Positions 14,791-26,873 of a stretch of 64,000 nucleotides of DNA are shown here, one piece after another. Source of the stretch: the human T2T-CHM13v2.0 reference genome, Homo sapiens; the NCBI RefSeq assembly GCF_009914755.1, contig NC_060947.1. One strand, 5' to 3'. The notes beneath the pieces are model-generated. The model searched no databases. It saw only the letters and a program-made list of their open reading frames with translations, and was not told the DNA's origin. Made by a program: the position numbers and the translations under genes. Positions within the stretch are counted from its first letter, which is position 1. Each line of letters opens with the position of its first letter.

Positions 14791-17700
14791 GTGCTGAAGA
14801 ATCATCTTTTTCAAGTAGAGATTCCTGGGCCTACCTCTGTTAAAAGATAATATTCAGAAAAGGCAAAATCATTACTTTCATACAGATAAGGATGAACATG
14901 TTTTAAAGATTTCATTTTACCCACATGAGGGAGCCTGGCAGAAGTTATAAGCAGTTCAAAGGGAAAAAGTCAAAAAGCACAAATTTATATTGAGTAAAGG
15001 AATAGAATTGCAAATGGAAGCAAAACTGATTTTTTCCCCTAAAGGGGGAGGGAAGTCAGGCAAAACCAGACAACGACAGAGTTTTTAATATTTTCCAGTT
15101 GCCTGCAACTTATGAAGTTGCAAAATAGCTCAAACTCAGTGAGAGCTTAGAACCTGATAACCTAGAGGGATGTGCTCTATAGACAATACAGAGTTTTGCA
15201 TTTTATGCACCCTGGAGAGACTAGTTCGGTAGGTCTCATGTTGTACTTAGAAATCTGCATTTTGAACAGACTCCCAAAGCATTGGTCAGGCAGGAAGACT
15301 TCATGCCACACTTTGAGCAACACTGGTTCATTATTTGTATGCTATTCTTTTTATTTAGAATACTCCTTCTGCTCTGTGAGCCTCTCTTCTGATTTAGGGA
15401 AATCAGCCCTCATCTTGTGAGGCTTACCCATCCATTTGATCAGATGGGTGATAGTTTTCTTTGTTGTGGGGATTGGAAGGGACAGGGAAAGATTGACTAC
15501 TGGGAAAAACAGCCTCATCTTACATTTTTACTATTTGTTTGTTCACATCGGAGAGAAGGACAAAATGATGGAGACTTAAGCGATACGATGATTTAAAAAT
15601 ATTTTGGGTGGATTAAGGAAGGTGTTTGTAATGGAGGAAGAATGAACCTTGGAAGTCGTTGGTGCAGTGAACATCAGGAAGGTGGAGGAAGGAAGATGGA
15701 GAGAATCAGGCCATCACTGGGAAGGACCATAGGGTGGTACAGACTAGGAGAACAGGAAGCATGAATTCTAAATAATCAGGAGTACAGAGACTTCAATAAG
15801 CATGTTAGGGAAGTCAGAACTCGTTAAGTTCACAATCCATTGTACATTTACTTTCTTACTGATCTTTAACTGTCAGCCACTGTTCATCTCCATCAAATGC
15901 TGTTCCTCTCTGGATAGAACAGCAGACCTGGCTTGTGCATTTCCGGAGAATGGGGAAGTTCAGAAAGCCCCCAGACTGTCAGCCAGCTGACTTCCTTTTT
16001 ACTGGGCTTTTTCTCTGTGCGAATAAGCAAAGGAATCACACACGGACAGATGGTTGGGTGGGTGTTCTTGATAGCGTGTATTTGGAAGTTACTGTCAAGT
16101 CAGGGTGCATGAGGCATAATTCCCCCTCTGATTTGCTTTCCAGTGGGAACTTTTGTGTCTGAGAGAGAGTGGGAGAGTAAGGAGGGTTCATTTCCCCACA
16201 AATCTTTTACTCAAACTGTCTGGCTTCTCAGACTATACCTCTAGTCGCTGAGCTACCTTGAGAGTGGTACCATTTCATACTAGCTAGGAGAGTCTTCATG
16301 TTAATTCCTTTGCTCAGTGAGTTCAGCAGTTTACAGGGCAGACATTTTCCTTCATTTGATTCTCTGTGAGATGCTGTGTTAGGTCTAGGGGCTTCATTGG
16401 ACAATGGGCACAAATCCTGGCTGTATGGGGTTGGGAGTTGGTGGTCTCTCTGCGGGTGGTGGTAGGTGGTAGGTGGGGAGGCATCTGGGTGGCACAGACT
16501 GTGGAACAAAGTAGTTGTGTTATAGTGGAAGCTGGGTGGCTTTTCTTCTTGGCGGTGAAACTGTGTCTTTGAAGACATTGCACTTTGGCACCTGTGCCTT
16601 GCTAAGGATTTCATCCCTATCTTGTCTTTGTCCTGAGATTATATCTCAGGACCTGCCAATTTTGCTGGAAATGTCAAGTTACCATGCACTGAAAAATCTC
16701 AGACAGCCAAGAAATGTACTATTTTTGCTAGCATCAAGAGCCTAAGTGATAAGAGTGTCCAGGTGGTGGCCACTGCTGCCCCTGGGATATCTCAGGCCTC
16801 CTGCTTGACTGGGAGGCAGCAGCCACGCCAGCTGTTTGGGCCCCACTCACACCAGGGCCCCCATTGCATTGGAGTCTGCCCTACTGTGGAATTTGGGATG
16901 CTGCCCTTGTTGCATTCGCTCTGCTTTGAGTACTTGGTGCTTCCTAAAAGAGCACAGCAAGTGTTCTTTGCAGGTGATATTGTTCATGCCCTCACCTTGT
17001 TTAGACTCTAAATGGTACCTGAAATGGCATAGGTTATCAGTGTTTATTAGCTAAGGCATGGCTCAGCCTTGAGTCCCTCTCAAGAGCTACAGGAAAGGCC
17101 TTTGCATTGTCTCTAAATGATCCTTTGCTGCTTATTTTAATCACAGAAGCCTTAAGGGGACTGATAGTTGTATGAAGGGTAGGAGCTTGTTTAGCAGGCA
17201 GGACATATTGTCATTTTAGATTCATAACCCTTCATTCCTAAATTAGATTGAAAATCTGAGCAGCTCTGTGACATCTACAGTATTGACATTCTCGGTTTTG
17301 TGTTCATGGGTTGCCAACACAGAGCATACTCCGACAAAACTGTAAAATTGTATATAACTTAAGAATGAATTTTTATGATTGGAGGCTCTCCTGTATTGTA
17401 CAAGTCATCTTATTTTGGGGTTGCAGATAGTAATAAATACAGAAGTTTTATAAACTTACATTTGGAAATTAAATAAAGAAAAATCACTAAGGAAGTATAT
17501 GCTTCAAACCAAAAATGAAGCTACTCAGATTTTCCTAATTTAAACATAATGTATTTTCCCATTCTTTTCCCTAAGACAATGGTATCTATCCCCTGTGCTA
17601 GAGAAAGTAGTGTGATGTGGTTATTGTTATTTAGACCCACTTGGAAGTTCCTGAGGGACATGGCGAGGGTGGATGGACTTGTCTGCCTGTGTAGCAGTGT

Positions 17701-18469
17701 GGAAGCCATGTTTTAGGAAAGAAGTGGTGGGACATGGAGAGAAAGCAGGTAAGAGAGTTGTGAATGGGGTAGGGTGACTTCTACAAGTACACAGTTCTGA
17801 CGTTCTCCTTGCCTTTCAGTTGCAACTCTAACTCATCAGTGATGATAGGCCGTCAGGAAAATCCTCTTTGTGGATGTTATAAACCCTAAATACCACCCTG
17901 TAAAGAATTCGCCTCCTCATGGGAGCAGATGGGATGGCCATACCTAACATTTGTCTCTTATTGTTAAGCAAAGCCCCATCTTGGTCTTTAAATCATTTCC
18001 TGTGAGATAGGCTCTGAACATGTGGCTTTTGAAAATCCCTTTCTTAGGGCCCTTGGTTTAGAAATTGCTTGCCTTTTCTGTTTGAGATTGGGAGCCAGGT
18101 TTATCTTAATTCATTCTGTGTCACAAATGAGACAGAGGACTTGTTACTGCAGACCTACAATTTTTGTCTGGAGAAAAGGTATGAAAGGGATCAGAATCTC
18201 CCCTCCTCAACTCCAGCAGTGGCCTGATCTGGCCCCTAGAGACCTGACTACAAGGTGTGGACAGTTCCTCTGTTGTCTACTGTCCACCTTCAAGGGATCA
18301 AACCCAGTTCTGAAACCCACAACCTGTCAGAGCAGAGAAGAACCCACCATCAGGCAAAAGGACTAGACATAGGGCAGGTGGAATCTAAGAATATCTTGGC
18401 ACTACATTGGGTGAGGAATATAGAATGTGGGGAGACTTCTGATTTGTCTCTGCCCCTTGGCACGCTGAA

Positions 18470-18570
18470 ATTCCTGACTCATGAAGGGCAGGACATGTGT
18501 TTTTCCTCACTCTGTTCCCAACGTTTAGCACAATGCCTGGCACATAGCAGAAGCCCAGTAAATATGTACT
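18470..18570 (+). mobile_element. L2 3' end
   Basis: tgaagggcagga...tagcacaatgcctggcacatagcagaagcccagtaaatatgt. Confidence 0.7.
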
Positions 18571-19900
18571 TAAAGCCCGTTAGAATTAGTGGTGCTTTCC
18601 GTTCTGAATAGATTGGGACAGCCTATGGATCTTGAAAGGCATAAGCAACCAAGGGTGTTAGACTCTGTAGCTATTAATTACCAAACAAAATTATAGTCTT
18701 GTACTCTAAGAAGCAGCCATGTCTTGAGTGAGAAGGCTTAGGATATGAGGACTAGATATCAGCAAGGATACCATAGGTTTGGAAAGACATTTTAATTTAC
18801 CCTTAGAATACACAACTTTACTGATTTTTAAGGATGATCAGCCCATCATATAGCACTTTATTTTTTCTTTTAAAGACAATCCTGTTTCATTTACCTTCAC
18901 TTGACACAGGAGTTTGAGAAGTCCTGGGCAGGTATACCTGGTTATTTTGTCATTGGTAGTCTTTTTAACTTTTAGAAAATAATCCTAGTAAACTAAACCT
19001 GAGCCTCTGAATAAGATGTTGTCTGCCTTTGTAGCTATATGAGAAGAGTGGCAGACCACAGCTTTTGACGGGGATTTTTGAATAAAATAACTAAAACCAA
19101 CAATACAGCAAAAGCTCATCTGGGAAAAGGACAAAGAGTAAACTAGTAAAATGTAAGGCTGTAAGGAAAGGGGTAGAAGATCAGAGGAATTCTCATCAAA
19201 ATATTGCAAATTATCCCCTGAACACAAACTGGTAACGGTGGTTTGCTTAAGGGAAGGAAATTCGGAGATTAGGGATACTGGGTGAAAGGCAGATTCTTTT
19301 TTTTACCATATATTCCTTTGTATCTTTTAAATTTTGTATTACATTCATTTGTGATCTTTCAGAAATAAATAAATAAAAATGCAGTAGCTTCCTGATCAGA
19401 AAGAGGGAATAATTGCTGTCACTTGCGTTTCAGAAACATAGCATCCAAACTGATGTGATTATGGTGACCTGTCCCACTTAGTTTTGCTGATGTACTATAA
19501 TTACTTTCTCCAGTGAGGCTGACTTCAGAAACAGTTGCAGATGCAGAATTTTAATCCAGGGTATGCTGTATATAAGTAACTTTTGCATTTACAATCTACC
19601 ATTTGGCGTTTTATGGCTAATAATCCACAAATATCTAAACTAATTTATAAAGGCAAAAACTACTGATTTAATGTAGTACTCTGCTTCTGTATCCCCGAGG
19701 TGAGTCAGAAAAATTTCAAGTTGCCACGCCTTGGCCAGACCCCACAGTATATTGGTTATTGGTCCTGAAGTTAGTTCTTTAAAATAACTTGAAATGTTTC
19801 ATGCTTAGTTCTAGGATCTATACTTTCTTTGATTTGACTGGGACTGAAAGGCTCAGAATAACTGAATATCCTTGGCTCTAAATAAGAAGCTGTAACTTTG

Positions 19901-20204
19901 GGCCAGGTGCAGTGCCTCATGCCTTTGGGAGGCCAAGGCAGGAAGGTAGCTTGAAGTCAGGAATTTAAGACAGTCTGGGCAACATAGTGAGACCCCCATC
20001 TCTATAAATGCTTTTTAAAAGTAGCAGGGCATGGTGGCATGTGCCTGCAATCTCAGCTACTTGGATGGGTGAGTTGGGAGCGTCGCTTGAGCCCAGGAGT
20101 TCTGAGCTGCAGTGAGCTGTGGTTGCACTACTGAGCTGTGATTGCACTCAAGGCTGGGCCACAGAGTGAGACCCTGTATTTAAAGAAAAGAAAAAAGAAA
20201 AGAA
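19901..20204 (+). mobile_element. AluJ-like element
   Basis: Dimeric Alu with perfect 16-bp TSD AAGAAGCTGTAACTTT (19884-19899, 20205-20220) and a GAAAA-patterned tail. Confidence 0.93.
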
Positions 20205-20999
20205 AAGAAGCTGTAACTTTAGTTAGGATTCTGACTGGTATGTGATGTCTTGCATTAGATCAGAATTGGGTCCTACTTGGGAAGGTGGAGAGATTGAGTG
20301 CCATGTTGGCAGTTTACCTTCAGTAGAATGTAAAGTAAGCCCATGGTGAGGCAAAGAGAAGCAGTCCTAGTTCTCATGCCTGTCTTTAATCTTGGTTTCT
20401 ATGACTTGTTTAGTCCAGACTTGGTTCTTTCCCCTCTTTTTCTGATGTTGATCACGCACTAGTGTGATCTGCAAAATGATATGCAAATATTAGTTGTGTG
20501 TATATTTCTGTTTGTTTGGGATAGCCTTGCCTACTGAAGAGAATAAGAAGCTGGGTTTCTCCTCATTTACATAACAAGTAATATGGTATGGAAGATGGAA
20601 CCGAAGATTTGAGGTCAGAAGACCTAAGTTCTATGGCTTTTCTACAACCTAGATGGTAGGTCTTAAATCTTGGTTGATTTGTAGTTTGTTGTTTTATCTG
20701 TACAGTTGAAGCTAACCCTTCTCACCTCACAGGGAAGTTGTGGAGATCCAAGAGAGCCCATGTGAGGCAGCACTTTGTAAACCCTGAAGTGTGATCATTG
20801 TCAGATTTATTTACTCCTATTTGTAAGCATTACTAGCAGACCCTTCGGTTTCTGAGAAATTTGGCTTTCTTTTTGAATGATGAGGCAAGCACTGAAGTTA
20901 ATGCCATGTGGTAAGATCAAAGACCTTCCTGGAACTCAGCTTCCATTCCTCCCAATAATCATGAAGAGGATTCAACTTCAATCACTGAGAAGTTGAAAG

Positions 21000-21470
21000 C
21001 TCACTGTGTTCTGGGAGTTTCTCTTCACCTGGCTTCCAAAGCACCACCTTCTCTTGGCTATCCTTCTATCTCACTGGTTGCTCTTTCTCAGCCTCCTTTA
21101 CAAGTTCTTGTTCTCTCCCCATTCCCTTAATGCAGGGTGGGTTCCAGGTCTCAGTCTGTGGCTCTTTCCTCTATACTCATTTGGTGACCTCATGCCATCT
21201 CATGACTTTATACATTATTAGGTTGGTGCAAAAGTGAGTGAGGGTTTTTTTTGCCATTAAAGTAATGGCAAGAACTTCACTCACTTTTGCACCAACCTAA
21301 TAGCTCAATCCTGAAAACTCGTAGACTTTCTCCTGAAATCTGGACTCATATTCCATAGCATCTCTATATTGATATCCCAAACTCAATGTGTCCCCAAACT
21401 GAACAGATTTTTCTTCCCTCAAAACAAAACGAAAACCAGTTCTGCCCACAGCTGCACCCTTCCTTAAACC
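21000..21470 (+). mobile_element. L2 fragment interrupted by MADE1
   Basis: ggtgacctcatgccatctcatgacttta...atctggactcatattcca...aaactcaatgtgtcc. Confidence 0.65.
21218..21300. mobile_element. MADE1 (Hsmar1-derived) mariner MITE
   Basis: TIRs TTAGGTTGGTGCAAAAGT...ACTTTTGCACCAACCTAA flanked by a TA duplication (21216-17, 21301-02). Confidence 0.95.
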
Positions 21471-22374
21471 CCCACTTCTTTATTTCCTAAATTATGCTCT
21501 AGATACTTCTCCATGGACCCCACCCCCCACCCCTCAGTGCCTTTGGTAGAGTCACAAGGAGGAGAAATAAGTGTATCTCAGTGTTAGAACTGAAACACAA
21601 CCCACATTGTCATCCACTGTGCTTATTTTAAGGATGAGGAAACAGACCCAAGGTCACACTTGGGATGCATGGATTCTTATTCTCTTGGCAAACAACTCTG
21701 AGAGCTTTTGAGTGTTTTTTTGTTTTGTTTTCATTTGTTTCAGATCCATACAGTGTAGTCATTTATAAAGATGGATAGCCTAGGCTGGCTCCAGGCAAGA
21801 GGCACAACCAAATAATGTATGAGACATAATTTGCCTTTCAGCATTGCTGTTATATACCTAGTAAGCTATGGCCCCCCCACCAGCCATCAAAATGTTGTTA
21901 TTTAAAGCTTCACATTGTAGAGCTGTATTATGCCTACCAGCTGGAGGAAATATTGCTGCCAGATTGGTTCTGACCACACACATCTCTTGAGACCCTGAAA
22001 ACCAGGTTCATGATGAAAGGTACTATGCAAGGACAATTATTGTATTTATTTTTAGGTTGTTAAATTATTTATGTTAACAGTCGAGAGACTTCTCTGTTTT
22101 TTAACTAATGAATGTTGACTTCTCTAAGTAAGGTTAGTAGTGCTCAGTAACCTTACAGGTCACTGAAGAAATAGGTTTCAGTTATTAATGTTCTCTAAGC
22201 TAAGAAACATTGCCTAGAAATAGTAACTAGAGCCTAAAGATTTAAGTCAAGAAGAAACAAATAATCAAGGCAGAATTGTCTCGCCCAATTATAAGTAGTG
22301 CATTTAATCTTTCTGTATCTTGCTCCCTTGAATTAGAAAGCAAAAAGACAATATTGAATATTCATTCCTCTAAA

Positions 22375-22550
22375 GTGGTAGTTCTCAAACTTGGCTGTAC
22401 GTTGGTATCACCTGGGTTTTAAGGAATATTCATGCCTGGGTTTCACCCCCAGATAATCTAATTTAGTTGGTTTGGGGTGTGTCCCAGGAATCAGGATTTT
22501 TTAAAGCTCCCCAGATGATTTTTAATATACAACTAAGGTTTGAGAGTTTC
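22375..22550. mobile_element. MER5-family MITE
   Basis: gtagttctcaaacttggctgtacgttggtatcacctggg...tttttaaagctccccagatgatttt...aggtttgaga. Confidence 0.8.
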
Positions 22551-22924
22551 TACAATGAAGTCTTGAAAGCAGTTTGCAGAGGTCTGTCCTAATTTTTTGT
22601 TTTCTGGAAGAGACCAGACACCCTTGGAATTTTCCATATCTTTTACTCATTTATGGAAGATATAAAGATGAAAAATAGTTCCCCCTTGCCTGTAAACAGT
22701 ATACTTTTCCAGACCCCTGAGAACTAGCAACATGTATCTAGCCAGTTACCAAGGCATGGAGCAGATACATTTCCCACCCTGTTGAGCTTAGGAGATTCTT
22801 ATTATTGTCTCCCTTAATCTGTCTAAATCCTAAGATCAGCTCACCACCACCCACCGAGTAATTGCAGGCCTGAGATTTGAACCCTGGTCTTTCTGAATTT
22901 AAAACCCCTTTTCTTAACTACTGA

Positions 22925-23250
22925 GGCAAAGTCTAGTAGGATTCACCAAATCCCATTCCATCTTCTTCCTAGGCACACAGCTAGACTACCTTTCTCAGCC
23001 TCCCTCAGAGTTAGGTGTGGTCAGGTGGCTGGGTTCTAGTTGATAATGAAAGCAGAAGTAACGTATGCCACCTCCAAGCCTTGCCTCCCCAGGTGATCTT
23101 CCATTCTTTCCTCATCTGTCGGCTACAACTGAGGACCATCTTTGGATGGCTCCCTTCCAAATACTCACAGTGCAATTCTATGTGAACAAGAAAAATATGT
23201 TAAGGGAGAGACTTGAGGGTTTATCTGTTTGAGCAGCTAGTCCTACCTGA
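22925..23250 (+). mobile_element. MaLR LTR (MLT1J-like) relic
   Basis: gcacacagctagactacctttctcagcctccct...agttaggtgtggtca...gcagaagtaacgtatgccacctcca. Confidence 0.65.
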
Positions 23251-24349
23251 AGATAACTACTGTGTAGTAATGACCCAATGGAGAGGGGAAAATAATAGAG
23301 TAGAGATCCCAGGAGATGAGATCCAGAGCACAGGTGAAAGCATTAGATTTGAACAGGACACATCTTTGATTTTGAGAATTGGGAAGGAGGATGAAGCAAG
23401 TGTGGATACATGAAAATTTTAGACGTATGAGGCAATTTTCTTTCTGATAGCTTCAATTTTCTTTGTGATGTATAAGATATAAGTCATCTGTGGGAACTTC
23501 GTGGGACCAAGTAGGTAGTCTGAGGAGATAGTGTTTTGGAAAACATTATCTTATGGAGAGTGGAAAAGAGATCCAAAGGAGAAAATTGCAGACAGTGTCA
23601 GGAATCTGTTGAGGATGGGAATCACGTGAATTTGTCACCGTAAAGACTGTTTCTTGTTCACTGCTATTTCTTCAGTGCTTGGCATTGTGCCTGGGACAGG
23701 GCAAGCTTTGAATAAATGATTGAAAAATAAATATAGTGGTACTAAAGAAGTGAGAGCTGGAAAAATGAGAGGGCTGTGGTCAGAGAGTGGGATTTTAAAT
23801 GTACTATTCTGGAGGTACTTTCAGGTTCTGACAAATTTTATGTTCTGGCTATGGGAGTAGGTGGCAGACATGGAATGAAGGTGAAGATCATTGCCATTGG
23901 GAATACTTCAGGACTGAGATGCTAAAGGCAAGAAGTCACCCTGGATGATAGGGCATGGAATAAAGTATAACCATCAACCAGCTGTTAATCTTTAAAAATA
24001 TAAAAAGATTGGTACTTGACATTAATAGGAAGTGATAGAGTGTGGTATATGGTATAGCCAGATGGTCTGAGCATCAGGAGAGCAGGATGACTATTCGGGA
24101 GTGAAAGTGCAGTGATCCGGAAGTTGCACTGGGGCATGAGAAAGATGTTAACCGTGCCTCCTGGCAATGAGTGTGTTGGGTGTAGGAGAAAGGGCCACAA
24201 AAGATGCAGTACGCTCAGAGGAGATCTAGGTTCCAGAGAGGGCTGGGAAGTGAAAGGCACATTCAGAAGAGAGGAGTTTATTTCTCAACAAAATAACTGA
24301 GTAACAATGGGAAGACTTTGGGTAGGTGTGTAGGGGTGCTGCAGTGAGT

Positions 24350-24816
24350 ACCAGTTATCCCTTGCCACATTAATGCTGCATAGCAACCATAAATCCTAGA
24401 GAGCATTCAATAATTACTTTATTTTGCATGTTTCTGGAGTCAGATTTGGTGGGGGGGTGCCTAGGTGGCTCTAATGGTCTTGGTTGAACTTACATGTCTG
24501 GGAGTTACCTAGCTGTCAGCTAATCTATACTGGCTTTGGCTGGGGTAATTTGGCTCTGCTTCGTGTGTATCTCATCTTTCTTCTGGGATCAATGGACTAG
24601 CCTGGGTATGGCCTTATCATAGTAAAGACAGAGACAAGAATGAAAGCAAGCAGAATTGCTTAAGTGCTCTTCAAGCTTCTGCTTGAGTCGCCTTTGCTAA
24701 CATCTAATTAGTCCAAGAAAGTCACATAGCTAAGTTTCAAAGTCACAAAATTATGTAGCAAAGGGTAGGGATGTAAGAAGAGGTGCAGAATTGGGGCATT
24801 TTTTGCAATTTATCAC
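24350..24816 (-). mobile_element. MaLR LTR (MLT1F/G/H-like)
   Basis: ccagttatcccttgccacattaatgctgcatagcaacc...gtccaagaaagtcacatagctaag...gaattggggc. Confidence 0.65.
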
Positions 24817-26638
24817 ACATTGGGAAAGTGGGTAAAGAGAGAAATTGAAGAGACTATGGCTGGAAGAATTTGCACTGAGGGATGAGCAAGGATGACTTGT
24901 AAGTTAAGCCAGTGTGATGGTTGGCTGGCAGAAGCATTAGGTTCCAGTAGGCATCTGATGGATTGGCAGTGGGCACTCCGAGCCTCCTCAGAGGAAACTG
25001 ATCCACTTACCCTCTTGGCCTTAGTTTCTGCATATGTAAATGGAGATGCTAACACTTTTCAGATTGTTACGTCAGTGAGGTAATACTTTCTAAAGCATTT
25101 TGTAAACAACTTAAAATATGGGGGTAGGTGTGAATGTGTGTACTAGTCCAATACCCTTTTCCAGCATAGATAAACTGCCAGGTAGCTAGTCCCCAGGCAT
25201 GTGAGTAAGCCCAGTCAAGATCATGAGAGCCACAGTGAGGAATGTTGGGGCCAGATTACCATGTAAAGTCTGTGTAGTTGTCTCAAACCCCTGCCAAAGC
25301 TAAAGTGACTCAAACCCTATGGTTTAAAAAAAAGTCTCTTAAAAATTATTTTATCTCTAGTATACTTTCAAACTGAGTGGTTTTTGCCCCTTGTGGGGGG
25401 ATGGCACAGATATACATATGTATCTGGCATATGATGGCACAGAGTACAGACACTAAACTGGTAATAATGCATGCTTCCTCTAGAGGGCAGTGCCCTCCAC
25501 CCAGCCCTTGCTAAGTCCTCTGGTGGCCACAGTAGGACTCTATAGCTCTTTCTTTCAGATCACCTGCTGAGAGCCCTCTGGACTTGAATATGGGAAGCAA
25601 GTCTGCCTAACTTCAAGTGGCTTGCACTGGGCTGTCTCTCTGAACTCCCTTGGATGAAGGTGAACTTCCCTACTGTCTAGAACAGGCTTTTCAGATGCAG
25701 AGTTCTAGATCCTATTGTTTTCTCCTGAGCAATGTCCAGAAATAGGAGTCCATTGGCATTAATGCCAAGTACTCTTTTTATACCCCCCTCCACAATGCCC
25801 GCTGTGGGGCATGGGAGCTGTGTTGGTAAGTGGACTCCCAGGAGCATCCTGTAAGTCCCAAGCAAGGTATGCAAATGACTCCGGGAGTGATCCTGGTCAC
25901 ATCTATGAATGAGGACCTATTTATGGATGTGGCTTTGGAAAGACTTTGGCAAATATATTTTTTTTTGTTTTTGTTTTTGTTTTGTTTTTTGTCTTAGGAA
26001 CACTTACGGTGGCAATTCTGTTAAAAATAAAAAGAGAAAAAAACAACTCCAGTCCTCTTTTACTGAGCAGGGAAAGAGTCCTTACCGGTGCATAGTGGGC
26101 AGAGTATAGTACCCCTCTGTGGAGGCTTTCAAATGAATGTCGTGCATTTTGACTTAAGTAGCACAATAAATATCTCTGCATGCAAGATTGTACTATCTGC
26201 CTTATTCTTCTGTTTCATCTCAGGTCAATATTGGAGTTGAATGTCAAAGCTCCTTATGTTATATTCAGCTGTCAACTAGGTATTCTGATGGTTTTTAACA
26301 CCTCTGACCTCTTGACCATTCCTTGGTGGATTTGGAAAACTGAGTTATTTATCAATTTATTTACTTGATTCTCATTTCACATTTACCAGGTATTTGTTTT
26401 TGGGGGATTTGATGACATCATCATTAAAAGGAATGCCATTCACTGGAGTATATTAAGGTTTGTGCAATGCAGGTGGCTTTGCATTTTTATAGCTATTTTT
26501 AATGGCCAGTAAGTTTTAGGCCTTGGATGGTCTTTGGGCCTGTCCTAAGTAACACAGATATAATCAAGAACCATGTTGTGTATTTCAAATGTTTTTCTCC
26601 CTTGATATTTTTGTTTTCTTTTTAAAGAAAATCTATGG

Positions 26639-26873
26639 CAGTTTTGTTCAATAGAAACAATATGTGAGCCTTGTGAGTGATTTTAAATTATCTAGTACCC
26701 ACATTAAAAAGTAAAAAGAAATAAGTAATATGCATGAAATGTTCTGTATTCTTTGTTTTTCATATTCTTTGCAATCTGGTGTGGATTTCACACTTAGAGC
26801 ACATCTCAGTTTGCACTAGCCACGTTTCGAGTGCTCAGTAGCCACTGGCTAGTGCAATGAATCACACAGACCT
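26639..26873. mobile_element. MER33/MER3-like hAT MITE
   Basis: gttcaatagaaacaatatgtgagcc...cacattaaaaagtaaaaagaaa...cacatctcagtttgcactagccacgtttcgagtgctcagtagccac. Confidence 0.75.

Noticed and set aside
16400-16492. G-rich tract as a G-quadruplex
   Set aside because: It has mostly GG runs and widely spaced GGG runs, so it is a weak candidate only.
8525-19705. AG|GTGAGT at 8532 and 19699 as recursive splice sites
   Set aside because: The first has a weak pyrimidine tract with a competing AG. The second has a disfavoured GAG acceptor.
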